Source of the DNA: Aulosira sp. ZfuVER01
GTDB taxonomy: Bacteria; Cyanobacteriota; Cyanobacteriia; Cyanobacteriales; Nostocaceae
Length of the DNA: 64,000 nt
NCBI GenBank assembly: GCA_034530615.2
Contig: JAVRCV020000040.1
Coordinates: 1-64,000, forward strand
Direction of reading: 5' to 3'
Shown: one piece after another, positions 12,801 to 22,733 of the stretch
Layout: the number at the start of each line of letters is the position of its first letter
Position numbering within the stretch: position 1 is the stretch's first letter
Program-made: the position numbers and the translations under genes
The notes under the pieces: generated by a model
What the model was told of the DNA's origin: nothing
Seen by the model: the letters and a program-made list of their open reading frames with translations, nothing else
Database searches by the model: none

Positions 12801-13520
12801 TTATTTAAAAATATATGACTTGGCTTCTTGCTCTATTGAATCACTAATAATTTCTGTTCCCATCGCAGGTTTCTCAAGATTTACTCTCATAAAATTTGTC
12901 TTGTCTCGTTCAGTAAATTTCTTATCATTATCAGAGTCTTTAATGATTTTGAGAAACAAGACATTTTGACTGGGAACAATCACCCAATTGAGGATTTGAC
13001 TATTATTTGGGGTAACTTGTACAAGATTTTTCCCTGACAAATCAGATATATAGCCAAGTGTGGCATCTTCAAAGTTGATTTTTTTATCTGCGTTTGTATC
13101 TTGTTCAAGAATTTTATATAACCACAATCTTGTAGGTGTCTTACCTACTAGTTTTGTTTCTAAAAAATCGAAGGAATTTATAATTGCTTTTTTATTTAGT
13201 AAAAGATGAGTTGCCCCATCTTGCTTATGATAAAAAATAAAGTTATATAGTTTGTTTTCTTTGCCAGAGGTACGTGAAAGACTATAGTTACTATCTTTAT
13301 CTTGACTTCGTTCTGAGAGAGTAACTGGAATCATCAGATAATCTGATTGTTCTTTAATAATTAATTCGCCATAACCGATATTTTGTTGTGGTTTTTGCTC
13401 TTCGGTGGCTTTAGCTTGCGTTTTCTCTATTCTTTTGTTATCGATTGGCTCACAAGAGAAAGCAAATGTAGCTATAAAAACGGCTATAGTAATTTTCTTC
13501 CACAAACAATTAACAATCAT
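12801..13520 (-). CDS. Hypothetical lipoprotein
   Basis: Hydrophobic N-terminus with lipobox-like FAFSC; two Dx[ND]xDxx loops (DTNADKK, DSDNDKK) resembling Ca-binding motifs; start uncertain. Confidence 0.7.
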   Translation of the reverse strand: MIVNCLWKKITIAVFIATFAFSCEPIDNKRIEKTQAKATEEQKPQQNIGYGELIIKEQSDYLMIPVTLSERSQDKDSNYSLSRTSGKENKLYNFIFYHKQDGATHLLLNKKAIINSFDFLETKLVGKTPTRLWLYKILEQDTNADKKINFEDATLGYISDLSGKNLVQVTPNNSQILNWVIVPSQNVLFLKIIKDSDNDKKFTERDKTNFMRVNLEKPAMGTEIISDSIEQEAKSYIFK

Positions 13521-13583
13521 TAAAATCTCCCAGTCAGATATTTCGCTGTTCTATTGTATTCTTGTATGTAAAATTTATATCAT

Positions 13584-13755
13584 AAAAAAACAAGCCCACT
13601 GATATAGGCTTGTTTATTATATGTAATGTGGGTGAAGTACCTTAACCTCAATGGTATAGGTTTCTTGGGCACACTAACCATTTACTGTTAGTGTTTTCCT
13701 AGTCTTTTAACTAGCTCCTCAAGCGTAAATTCCGGCACTCCTTACCGTACTGAGT
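13584..13755 (-). ncRNA. Candidate sRNA of about 170 nt
   Basis: TATAAT at 13765-13760, several hairpins, and terminator stem AAACAAGCC/GGCTTGTTT followed by a U tract. Confidence 0.5.
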
Positions 13756-13796
13756 AATAATTATATTACCGCTTTTGAAAATTGCCACTATCAAAC

Positions 13797-14073
13797 TCAA
13801 AAACCTGGTCAATGGTGACCAGGTTCGCTTAAATTCACAGTTTTCAAATCGTTAAACTTGTTAAGTGATTGCAAAAATCAACAACTAGGGTGGACATTAC
13901 AACTAGCAACTTCAGCATTTTTCGTTTTTCCGCTTTGGGATTTGGCTGATCTTTCTTAGAAAGACTTTACGCCACTTCACTATGTAAGATGCTGAAACTT
14001 GCTTGGGCTTGTGACGGGAGACACCTGGTCATGCGCCCTTTTGTTTTGGTTAGTGCCTTATCTGGTGTCCTAT
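13797..14073 (-). ncRNA. Candidate structured RNA of about 275 nt
   Basis: TTGCAG-16nt-TAGATT promoter-like motif, 5' stem, long internal stem, perfect 10-bp terminal hairpin followed by Us. Confidence 0.5.
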
Positions 14074-14410
14074 AAACATAATCTAGCACCAGGATAATTA
14101 GCTGCAACTCTTTGTTTACTAAAGTTGATGTTTTGTTGAATTCTGCAATACAGATTGAAATTTTTACACAACCAAGTTTTATTAATGCGATTGTCTGGGC
14201 TAGGATGCGATCCCCAACAGCTGGAATTATAAAAAAATATCTCTTCAGCAGGATGTTTTTATTTATCTATCAAACTAATTGAAACTATTCAGATTCCATG
14301 AAAATAATCTTGGCTACTGTTTTGAGAGTAATTTCAGAGTGAAAAGTCAAGAGTTACTTTGGACTCTTGACTATTTCAACGAAAAATCTGCAATTTAAAC
14401 GTTTATTAGC

Positions 14411-15370
14411 TTACCATTCCCACATTACAGTACTCTCATCCAGGTGGTCGGTGACAATTCGCCCAATGGCATCAATTTCTGACAGTTCGGCAGCAGAAAG
14501 TTTAACTTCAGCAGCTAATGCGTTATCTTTCGCCTGCTGGGGATAACGCGCACCTGCGATCGCATTTGTCTGAGGTTGGGCAATTAACCAAGCTAGCGCT
14601 AACTGGGCAAGGCTGGCGTGATGTTTCTCGGCTATAGGGCGCAGTTTGTCTAAAGCTTGTTGAGCGCGTTCAAAGTTTTCTCCTTGAAACAGCTTATTTT
14701 TAGCACGATTATCTGCTGGATCGAATTTAGTTCCGCGAGCAAATTTACCTGTTAATAATCCCTGTGCTAAAGATGAATAAGCAAGGATGGAAATCTGATT
14801 TTCGATACAATAAGGAGTTAAATCTTTTTCTATCTTTCGCCAAAATAGAGAATAAGGTGGTTGTACACTATCAATTCGCCCATACTTGGACGCTTCTGCT
14901 ATTTGTTCGCGGGAAAAATTAGAAACACCAATAGCGCGGATTTTACCTTGCTCTTTTAGCGAGTTGAGAGCATTCATTGTTTCCTCAATTGGTACAATTT
15001 CACTATTGAAAGCACCAGATGGCCAATGAATTTGATAAAGGTCTATATAGTCGGTTTTGAGGTTTTTCAAAGAACCTTCACAAGCCTCTATCACTTGTTG
15101 ATACTTAAGATGGTTGGCAAAAACTTTAGTAGCATACTCAACGCGATCGCGGACATCAGATAAAGCTTCGGCTACAATACGCTCAGAATGTCCTTCCCCA
15201 TAGACTTCAGCAGTATCAATTGTGGTAATCCCGGCTTCAAAAGCGGCGCGAATCGTTTTAATGGAGTCAGCATCCTCAATTCCCACCCACATTTTTTTAC
15301 CAGCTTGCCAAGTTCCCATCAAAATAGGTGTGATTTGTACGTCTGATTTTCCTAGTGTTCGCTTTTCCAT
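14411..15370 (-). CDS. Aldo/keto reductase
   Basis: IDTAEVYG, ATK, DLYQIHWP, GKIRAIGVSNF, YSSLAQGLLTGK. Confidence 0.95.
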   Translation of the reverse strand: MEKRTLGKSDVQITPILMGTWQAGKKMWVGIEDADSIKTIRAAFEAGITTIDTAEVYGEGHSERIVAEALSDVRDRVEYATKVFANHLKYQQVIEACEGSLKNLKTDYIDLYQIHWPSGAFNSEIVPIEETMNALNSLKEQGKIRAIGVSNFSREQIAEASKYGRIDSVQPPYSLFWRKIEKDLTPYCIENQISILAYSSLAQGLLTGKFARGTKFDPADNRAKNKLFQGENFERAQQALDKLRPIAEKHHASLAQLALAWLIAQPQTNAIAGARYPQQAKDNALAAEVKLSAAELSEIDAIGRIVTDHLDESTVMWEW

Positions 15371-15449
15371 AATTGTTTCCTAATTCATCTCCCTGGATAG
15401 TTTCATACTGTAGCGGTCTTAGGGTGAAATTAAATCAGAGTTAAAGTAG

Positions 15450-16049
15450 ATGTCGATGAATTTGACCACAAATTTTCATGCCCTCAAAGAATGGGCTATT
15501 GCTATCAATGCTTTAGAAAATGGCAATACTATTATGTTGCTCCGCAAAGGCGGTATCCACGAACAAAATGGACGTTTTCAAGTTGCTCATGACCAAATTT
15601 TGCTTTACCCGACATTTGAGCATCAACAAACTTTTCTGCTGAAACCTGAGTATGCTAATTTTGTATGTCCAGTGACATCAGGTTGGCATCCAGAAACAGT
15701 TCGCATCGGTAGCTGGGCTGAAATTACCGATATTTTACCAGTGCGTGACGAGTCAACTGTGAACAGCTTGCTTCCTTTTCATATTTGGAACGAGCATTTT
15801 ATTAGCGATCGCTTGAAATGGAAAGCGCGTCAACCCTTATATATTCTCCTATTGCGGACTTACAAACTACCCACAGAGCAAGAAATTCCTTATCGTACCG
15901 AATATGGTGGTTGCAAGTCTTGGATTGATTTAGCTCAACCTATTAACATCCAAGGTGCAGAACCAGTTTTGTCTGCTTCCAGCTATCAGCAATTAGTGGG
16001 GGAAATTCGCGCTATTGTGGGTGATAAATTGTATGCCCCATCCTTCTAA
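15450..16049 (+). CDS. DUF1802-family protein
   Basis: ALKEW, LLRKGGIHE, LYPTFEHQ, YGGCKSW motifs. Confidence 0.85.
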   Translation: MSMNLTTNFHALKEWAIAINALENGNTIMLLRKGGIHEQNGRFQVAHDQILLYPTFEHQQTFLLKPEYANFVCPVTSGWHPETVRIGSWAEITDILPVRDESTVNSLLPFHIWNEHFISDRLKWKARQPLYILLLRTYKLPTEQEIPYRTEYGGCKSWIDLAQPINIQGAEPVLSASSYQQLVGEIRAIVGDKLYAPSF

Positions 16050-16528
16050 AACTCATCCCAATTCCCTTGAATCTAATGGTCTGTCGCCTGAATTTTGATA
16101 GGTTTGTAGTGAGTACTTTAGTGCTTTCTTCTTCCCTCATGTAGCTTCAAACAGCGGATTGTAAGGATATGTAATAGTACGCACTATAAATATTTCTAAC
16201 TAATGTGACTAGAAAAACAAATCATTTACATCTGATGTCTAGCCAAAAACAGTAGCGATCGACACATACAGTGGTAAAAACCACAAGTACTATTAGAAAA
16301 ACTTCACCCTATAATGATGGGAAAGACGTAGAAGTTGGTTGACGCTGTTTTTGTATCTTACACAAGGTACCCGCTAAGTTATAGGGTTGTGAGTAATTAT
16401 CTGCTCTCAAGCAGTATTGGATTTGACAGTTAACTCTATTAAGCAACAAAATTATCCCACAAGGATGAGGCGGGTATTGACAAAAGTTTGCCAATATGCA
16501 ATATATGCTTAACGCAAAGGAGTTTGCT

Positions 16529-16789
16529 ATGCAGCGACAAATGTGCTGGTTATCTAGCTATGGTGTTGATGGGGAGAAAGTTTTGCATTTGCAGACTGCA
16601 CCCAATCAACCGTGGCGTCCCTACACAGCTTGTAGGGAATATGCCGTTCCCGATTATAAAATCCCAGGTGGCTCTAAAGGTTGGGCAACTTATCAAAAAT
16701 TGCTGAAGGCTGGCTGGACATTAGTGCCTAGCGCTCGTGCAAACGAGTTTGTCAGCAAATATTCAGATTCAATCATCAACAATCAGTAA
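16529..16789 (+). CDS. Conserved small hypothetical protein
   Basis: ATG after AAGGAG; PW.PY and GWATYQKLLKAGW motifs; followed by a hairpin. Confidence 0.75.
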   Translation: MQRQMCWLSSYGVDGEKVLHLQTAPNQPWRPYTACREYAVPDYKIPGGSKGWATYQKLLKAGWTLVPSARANEFVSKYSDSIINNQ

Positions 16790-16820
16790 GTCCACAGTCT
16801 ACTTGAATAACTGTGGACTT
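16788..16820. terminator. Hairpin between convergent genes (possibly bidirectional terminator)
   Basis: AAGTCCACAGT / ACTGTGGACTT perfect 11-bp inverted repeat. Confidence 0.7.
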
Positions 16821-16835
16821 CATTTTATTAACGCT

Positions 16836-18623
16836 TCAGTAACCTATTGACGAACCTTCCCCACGGGGATCGGCTGCTCCCTCTAAGGTGTTATCTGCTG
16901 TCACAACGATCGCATTAGCATTACCCCAAGGAGTTGTTTCCTTAATGTTGTGTCCCCGATCGCGCAACTCCTGTAGAGTGACAGCATCCAAACCCCAAGG
17001 TTCTACTCGCAACTCATCAGGAAGCCACTGGTGATGTATGCGTGGCGCAGAAACCGCTGCACCAGCATCCATACCATATTCCAAGACGTTGAGAAGCACT
17101 TGTAACACTTGGGTGATAATCGTACTACCACCAGGCGCACCCACTGCCATGCGTAAGTGACCGTTTTCGGTGACAATTGTGGGTGTCATACTAGATAGCG
17201 GCGTTTTGCGAGGTGCGATCGCATTCGCTTCGTTACCAACCAACCCAAAATAATTAGGAACTCCTGGCGCAGCTGCAAAATCATCCATCTCATTGTTCAG
17301 CACAATCCCGGTTCCTGGTGTCACCACACCAGCGCCAAAGCCAAGGTTAATTGTAAAAGTCAGACTAACTGCATTGTGCTGTGCATCCACAACTGTCAGA
17401 TGGCTGGTTTCGGGAGACTCATGAAATTTTGGATTTTGAGCTATTGCTGATATTAAACCAAATGGTAAAGTCTGACTAAACTGCTGTAGTGTTTTTTCGT
17501 CTACTGGCTTCACTTCTGTTGAAGGTTTAGCTCTTTCCATGTTGATTTGTTGACGGCGTTTTTTAGCGTATGCTGTGCTAATGAGTTGCTGTACAGGAAC
17601 TTTGACAAAATCGGGATCGCCTAAATATTGCGAGCGATCGGCGTAAGCAATCTTCATCGCCTCTACCATTAAATGTAAACCATTAGGGTGATGCCATCCC
17701 CAGGATTTTAAATCGGTGTCCCCAATAATGTTTAAAATCTGCAATAGGTGAACCCCTCCCGATGAAGGTGGTGGCATAGAGCAGATTTTAGCTTGATGAA
17801 AATTGCCACAAACAGGAGTACGCCAGATTGGTTTGTAAGCTTTCAAGTCTGCCAGAGTCATTAAACCACCGTTTTTTGCCATATCTGCGGCGATCGCTTG
17901 GGCAATACTGCCAGTATAAAAACTTTGAGGATTCTGGGCAATTGCTTCTAAAGTCTTAGCTAAGTCACGCTGCACCAATTTTTCCCCTGGTTGATAATAT
18001 TCGCCATTGCGAATGAATATTTCTCGCGCCGCCGGATTGCTGAGAATTACCTGTTTGCGATTCTCGTAGCTGGGTAAAGAACGGTAGGTTACTACACGAC
18101 TGAGGGTAAAGCCATTTTTAGCAAGAGCGATCGCAGGTTGTACAAGCGATCGCCAAGGCAGCCTACCATAACGACGGTGTAACTCATACATTCCCGCCAC
18201 CGTTCCAGGTGTAGCTACAGCCAAATAACCATTCACACTTGCATTCGGACGCACCTTACCTTGTGCATCTAAGTACATATTTCTTGTAGCTTTTAGCGGT
18301 GCGCGTTCGCGGAAATCCAGCGCTTTCATCTCGCCAGTTTTCTCGGAATGCATCAGCAAAAATCCACCACCGCCAATTCCCGCAGAAAAAGGTTCTACAA
18401 CAGAAATTGCAAAGGTTGTGGCGACTGCTGCATCAACTGCATTGCCACCCTTGCGTAACATAGAAATACCTGCCTCACTGGCTAAGGGATGCGCTGATAC
18501 CACCATCCCTTTTTTGCTGCGTAGAGGTATAGTAAAGGCAGCACAGACAACTTGGCTGTGTAAGAGAACGCTAAGGGAAAAGACAGCGATCGCAACTCGT
18601 TTATTTTTAGTAAAAAGACGCAT
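16836..18623 (-). CDS. ggt: Gamma-glutamyltranspeptidase with signal peptide
   Basis: GGNAVDAAVA, GIGGGGF, DFRERAP, ETSH autoprocessing Thr, NNEMDDF, PLSSMTP, GAPGG, DPR. Confidence 0.96.
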   Translation of the reverse strand: MRLFTKNKRVAIAVFSLSVLLHSQVVCAAFTIPLRSKKGMVVSAHPLASEAGISMLRKGGNAVDAAVATTFAISVVEPFSAGIGGGGFLLMHSEKTGEMKALDFRERAPLKATRNMYLDAQGKVRPNASVNGYLAVATPGTVAGMYELHRRYGRLPWRSLVQPAIALAKNGFTLSRVVTYRSLPSYENRKQVILSNPAAREIFIRNGEYYQPGEKLVQRDLAKTLEAIAQNPQSFYTGSIAQAIAADMAKNGGLMTLADLKAYKPIWRTPVCGNFHQAKICSMPPPSSGGVHLLQILNIIGDTDLKSWGWHHPNGLHLMVEAMKIAYADRSQYLGDPDFVKVPVQQLISTAYAKKRRQQINMERAKPSTEVKPVDEKTLQQFSQTLPFGLISAIAQNPKFHESPETSHLTVVDAQHNAVSLTFTINLGFGAGVVTPGTGIVLNNEMDDFAAAPGVPNYFGLVGNEANAIAPRKTPLSSMTPTIVTENGHLRMAVGAPGGSTIITQVLQVLLNVLEYGMDAGAAVSAPRIHHQWLPDELRVEPWGLDAVTLQELRDRGHNIKETTPWGNANAIVVTADNTLEGAADPRGEGSSIGY

Positions 18624-18736
18624 ATACGTAAATTTTAAACATATTTCCAGAGTACATGGAAATAGTTTCAAAAATGGCTATTGTTCGTCTTAATAAATTT
18701 TACTCAAACTAGATTTAGTCAAGCTCGATCGAGCTA

Positions 18737-19456
18737 TTAATTCTTACTCACCACTACAAATCCGCGTGTTTTACCCGAAGCTTGATCGAGGGTTGCCATT
18801 GCTTTCCACAATTCTTCTGCTTTAACCCAAACAGGTGGATATTTGTAGCGAGAAACATCCAAGATTAAGAATCTATCTGTTTGTTTATTATATGCAGCTA
18901 AAGGAGAAATATGGCCACCTTTTTCTTGTCCAATTGCCTTCCGTAAATAATTAACTATCATGAAATTACCTGGTTGTTGTAAATTCTCTGCTGCTAGTTT
19001 CCGAAAGTTGTCTAAACTAATATCAGCAGCATGATAGACTCCAACTTTTACACCATAACTTCCTAATAATACGCCTAACTGATCTAAAGTCATACCTTGG
19101 CGAGAGACATCCTCAGCTGTTATGACAGCTTTAGTTTTTTCATTGCTAAAAAAATTTTCTTGGGTAAACACTCGATATGGTTTGTATTGTGGTGCTTCTG
19201 GCGCAGGAATTCCCAAGCTGTTCAGCACCATCACAATACTCGCAACGCCACAATAGGCTTGATTATTCTGCGTAATAAATTGGCTACTGAGTGGAAAGAA
19301 ATCTTCCCTGGATTGACTTTCAATTAATAATTTTTCACCTTCTTGGGAGTTAAAATTAATTAAATTAGGCGTTAGAGGTAGTGTTTGAGCTAATACAGTA
19401 CCACTACTCAAACAAATACCTAAGAATAGAAATTTAATAAATGATTTTATAGCCAT
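18737..19456 (-). CDS. Prokaryotic phytochelatin-synthase-like protein with signal peptide
   Basis: Papain-like triad motifs QAYCGVAS, GGHISPL, ILDVSRYKYPPVWV. Confidence 0.92.
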   Translation of the reverse strand: MAIKSFIKFLFLGICLSSGTVLAQTLPLTPNLINFNSQEGEKLLIESQSREDFFPLSSQFITQNNQAYCGVASIVMVLNSLGIPAPEAPQYKPYRVFTQENFFSNEKTKAVITAEDVSRQGMTLDQLGVLLGSYGVKVGVYHAADISLDNFRKLAAENLQQPGNFMIVNYLRKAIGQEKGGHISPLAAYNKQTDRFLILDVSRYKYPPVWVKAEELWKAMATLDQASGKTRGFVVVSKN

Positions 19457-19627
19457 ATTTTTAACCCCTGAATTTTATATAACCAATTGAAAAAATAATT
19501 TTATACCTATCAATTGCTAAGTTGCTATAAAATTGTATTCATATTTTGGTGTCAATATAGGGGATATGTTAGAGATACGCTCTGTACTTAACAATTAATA
19601 TTAAAGTAACATAGAAGGCGATTGTTT

Positions 19628-20352
19628 ATGATTAACGTCATACGTAAACTAGTAACCTGTGAAGATTTTGCAGCTTGGCGGCCTGAAGGCGGAAGGTATG
19701 AACTACATGATGGTGTAATTGTTGAAATGGCACAATCCACAGGAGACCATGAAGATGTGGTTGGTTTTATAGCCAGAAAACTAACTGTAGAATTTGACCG
19801 ATTAAATCTACCTTATATAATCCCTAAAACTGCACTGGTAAAACCTTCGTCTTCGGAATCTGCTTACTCTCCAGATGTGCTATTACTCAATCGCCTTAAT
19901 TTAGTAAACGAGCCTCTGTGGAAAAAAGAATCAACTGTTAGCCAAGCAGCATCAATTCCCTTAGTAGTTGAGGTAGTGAGTCAGTGCGTTGCGCGGGTTC
20001 CCCGCGTTGAAGCAACTGACGTTAGCGTTAGCGAAGCGGTAGCGACGAAGGAGCGTCGGAACGAGCGTCACCCGTAAGGGTGAGTACCAACTGGGATGAT
20101 GATTATTACACAAAACAAGGTAAGTATGAGGGTATTGGAATTCCTAAATACTGGGTTGTAGATTATCTTGGTCTAGGCGCTAAAAAGTTTACTGGCAACC
20201 CCAAACAGCCTACTATCTCTATCTATCAATTAATCGATGGTGAATACCAAGTTACCAAATTTAGGGGCGATGACCGTATCGTATCAACTACTTTCCCCGA
20301 ACTAAACCTGACTGCTCAACAGATTTTTCAGGCTGCTAGTCCTCAGGTATAG
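19628..20352 (+). pseudogene. Uma2-family PD-(D/E)xK protein interrupted by a 104-bp insertion
   Basis: RYELHDG, SPD and LVVEVVS in the first ORF; STNW..DY..K..YE..GIP.YWVVD in the second; removing the insert restores EVVSTNW. Confidence 0.9.
19977..20080 (+). mobile_element. Nested small dispersed repeat insertion
   Basis: GC-rich hairpin, then GCGTTAGC/GAGCGTC modules, then CCCGTAAGGG; GTGAGT at both junctions. Confidence 0.8.
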
Positions 20353-20442
20353 CTACGATCTCATCTCGCATAACTTTTTTCCTTAGTGTCTTAATGGTAG
20401 TATAAATTCATACTTCTTTAAAAGAATTCGACAGATGCATTT

Positions 20443-20465
20443 GTAGAGGCGGGGTTTCCCCGCCC
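20443..20465. repeat. GTAG-headed REP-like palindrome
   Basis: GTAGAGGCGGGGTTTCCCCGCCC. Confidence 0.6.
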
Positions 20466-20483
20466 TTTGCGACTTGATGCCAA

Positions 20484-22718
20484 TTAAGGAACCTCAATTG
20501 GAATTAAAGCATTTTCTGGCAGATAGCTAGAGAATTGCCCGTCATCTGACAAGACAAAAATTAGACGCAGGGGGTAATCTGGTGGCACTTGTAAATCTGC
20601 CCAAGGTACTGCCACTTCTAAACAAGTGTTAAAAGCTACTTGAGCGCGGCTAAACCGAGGATGCCATTGAAAATGTTCTGCTGCTTCCCGAAACTGAATC
20701 GATTGCGTGAGTAAGTTAATCTCTAGATGGTGGTGAAACAGGTAATTAACTGGTGAAATATCTGGCACATCCGCCAAGGGAATTGGACTATTGTGCATGG
20801 TTTTTTCTGGATAGAACCAGAGCAAATTCAACTCTGCGGGAAAACCTCGCCCTGGGACAACGCCGCTTTTCAAGTCCATCCGCAAGTAAAAATTCAGGTG
20901 GTCTACTCCATACCAAAGTCGCTGGATGGGACTGCTGCTATGCATTGTTCCTCGTGCGCCGCCGATTTCGATACGTCCAGCTTTGTCCCAATCTTGTTCA
21001 TCACCCAAACCATCAATCACAGGATGGATAAATCCTTGTGGGGTATGGTCTGCCTGCGCTGCATGGACTTCTACTGGTTGTCTGAGATAAGGTGGTATAG
21101 GTTCATTTAACGCTTTGTAAATGCCATAGAGATGTTCCCGAAACAACTGGTCAAAAATCGCATCTTGATTTGAGGAATGTCCTACACCAAACCACCAGAA
21201 CCAATCGGAACCTTCTGCGGCGTACAAAGCTTCCCATGCTTCCGGGTTATTTTCTTCTGTCGCTTCCGGGTGACTGGCGAGGGTTTCCCTAGCTTGTGTG
21301 AGGTAGTCCCAAGCACGGTTTTTGGCAGGGTCGCCAATCCAGGTGGTAAAACTGCCATCTACCCAAGAACCGCTATGCAATTGTTCTCCGGGGATAGTCG
21401 CTGTGGCGGGAAATTGTTCGAGAAATTCGGAGACAGTGACGAGTTTTAGATGGGGTTCGTTGCTGAGGCTTTGATACAAAGCTTCTAGGAAAGGTTTGCC
21501 GTCTTGGGGATAAAATTCCCAGCAATTTTCTCCATCTAAGGCAATGGTAACTAACCAAGGTTGGTCACTTTGCCTGTCTCTTTGCATTTTAGCGATCGCT
21601 TGCAAGTGTCCGACTAAGTCTGCTGCTGCTTGTTTTGCTGGCATTGCTCCATAAGTAAAACCAATCAAATCTGATAATCTGTGATCGCGAAATACAATTG
21701 CTAATTCACCTGCTGGGGTTTCTAGGCGATAGGGTCGATATAGTAATTCTGGTTCCTCAACATTCCCCGCCCCATCACGATGGAAAAAGTGTTTTAGCGT
21801 CCATCCTAAAACAGCTTCATCTGAGCAAATCCACTTAAAACCTTGTTTAATAATATACGGTAATACTTCCGGACTAACTGATTGTTCGGAAGGCCATAAA
21901 CCACGAGGTTCCTGTCCAAAGCGGTCTGTATACAATTCCCAAGCTTTGTGTAAATGGCGGGGAATATCTTCTGCCCACTGAAAGCGTCGCTCCGGCAAAT
22001 TCATCTGCGGCACAGCTACCCGACCGGAATTAGTATCAGCGAGTAAGGGTAAAATCGGGTGGGTGTAGGGGGTAGTGGTGACTTCTAACTGCCCTGCTGC
22101 TTGCATTTTCCGGTGCTGGGGGATAATGCGGCCGAGAATTTCTCTTTGTTTAGAATAAATGCGCTGGCGATCGCTTAAACTAAAATTTCGACCTTGCTTT
22201 AACCAAGCAGCAATTTCTGGGTCATCCCAAAACAGCGGATCGATCCACGCCAAATTATGCCAAGCTAGCAAATCGCTATAATCTTGCAATTGCCAATTCT
22301 CTAAACACCAAGCTTGACCTTTTTCCTGCCTTTGATGATACAACTGCCCATAGCGGGGATGGGGGTCAATGAGGGTGTGATGATTGGCATCAAAAAAGTG
22401 TTGGACAATAAATTCCCTCTGTTGCTGAGTCAGCTGTTCAACTGGGGTCAAACTAGCAGTGAGATAAGGATCGAAAGCTGTACCCGCAATATAATCTTCT
22501 AGTTGCAATATCAGAGATGGAACCAAATTTACTGTTTGGTGTAACTTAGGATACCGCTCTAGAAGTAACACTAAATCTAGATAATCCTTGGTGCCATGTA
22601 ACCTGACCCAAGGTAAACGGTACTGTTGACTGGATGATAACGAAACGCCGCTGCCAGGAGATTTGTACAGCGGCTGATGTTGATGCCAGATGAAAGCGAC
22701 GTAAAGAGGTTGGGTCAT
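20484..22718 (-). CDS. Glycoside hydrolase family 57 (amylopullulanase-like)
   Basis: WHQHQP, PWVRLH..KDY, HPILPL, GLWPSE (nucleophile), ALDGENCWE (acid/base), EGSDWFWW. Confidence 0.93.
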   Translation of the reverse strand: MTQPLYVAFIWHQHQPLYKSPGSGVSLSSSQQYRLPWVRLHGTKDYLDLVLLLERYPKLHQTVNLVPSLILQLEDYIAGTAFDPYLTASLTPVEQLTQQQREFIVQHFFDANHHTLIDPHPRYGQLYHQRQEKGQAWCLENWQLQDYSDLLAWHNLAWIDPLFWDDPEIAAWLKQGRNFSLSDRQRIYSKQREILGRIIPQHRKMQAAGQLEVTTTPYTHPILPLLADTNSGRVAVPQMNLPERRFQWAEDIPRHLHKAWELYTDRFGQEPRGLWPSEQSVSPEVLPYIIKQGFKWICSDEAVLGWTLKHFFHRDGAGNVEEPELLYRPYRLETPAGELAIVFRDHRLSDLIGFTYGAMPAKQAAADLVGHLQAIAKMQRDRQSDQPWLVTIALDGENCWEFYPQDGKPFLEALYQSLSNEPHLKLVTVSEFLEQFPATATIPGEQLHSGSWVDGSFTTWIGDPAKNRAWDYLTQARETLASHPEATEENNPEAWEALYAAEGSDWFWWFGVGHSSNQDAIFDQLFREHLYGIYKALNEPIPPYLRQPVEVHAAQADHTPQGFIHPVIDGLGDEQDWDKAGRIEIGGARGTMHSSSPIQRLWYGVDHLNFYLRMDLKSGVVPGRGFPAELNLLWFYPEKTMHNSPIPLADVPDISPVNYLFHHHLEINLLTQSIQFREAAEHFQWHPRFSRAQVAFNTCLEVAVPWADLQVPPDYPLRLIFVLSDDGQFSSYLPENALIPIEVP

Positions 22719-22733
22719 AGGGAATGATTGGGA

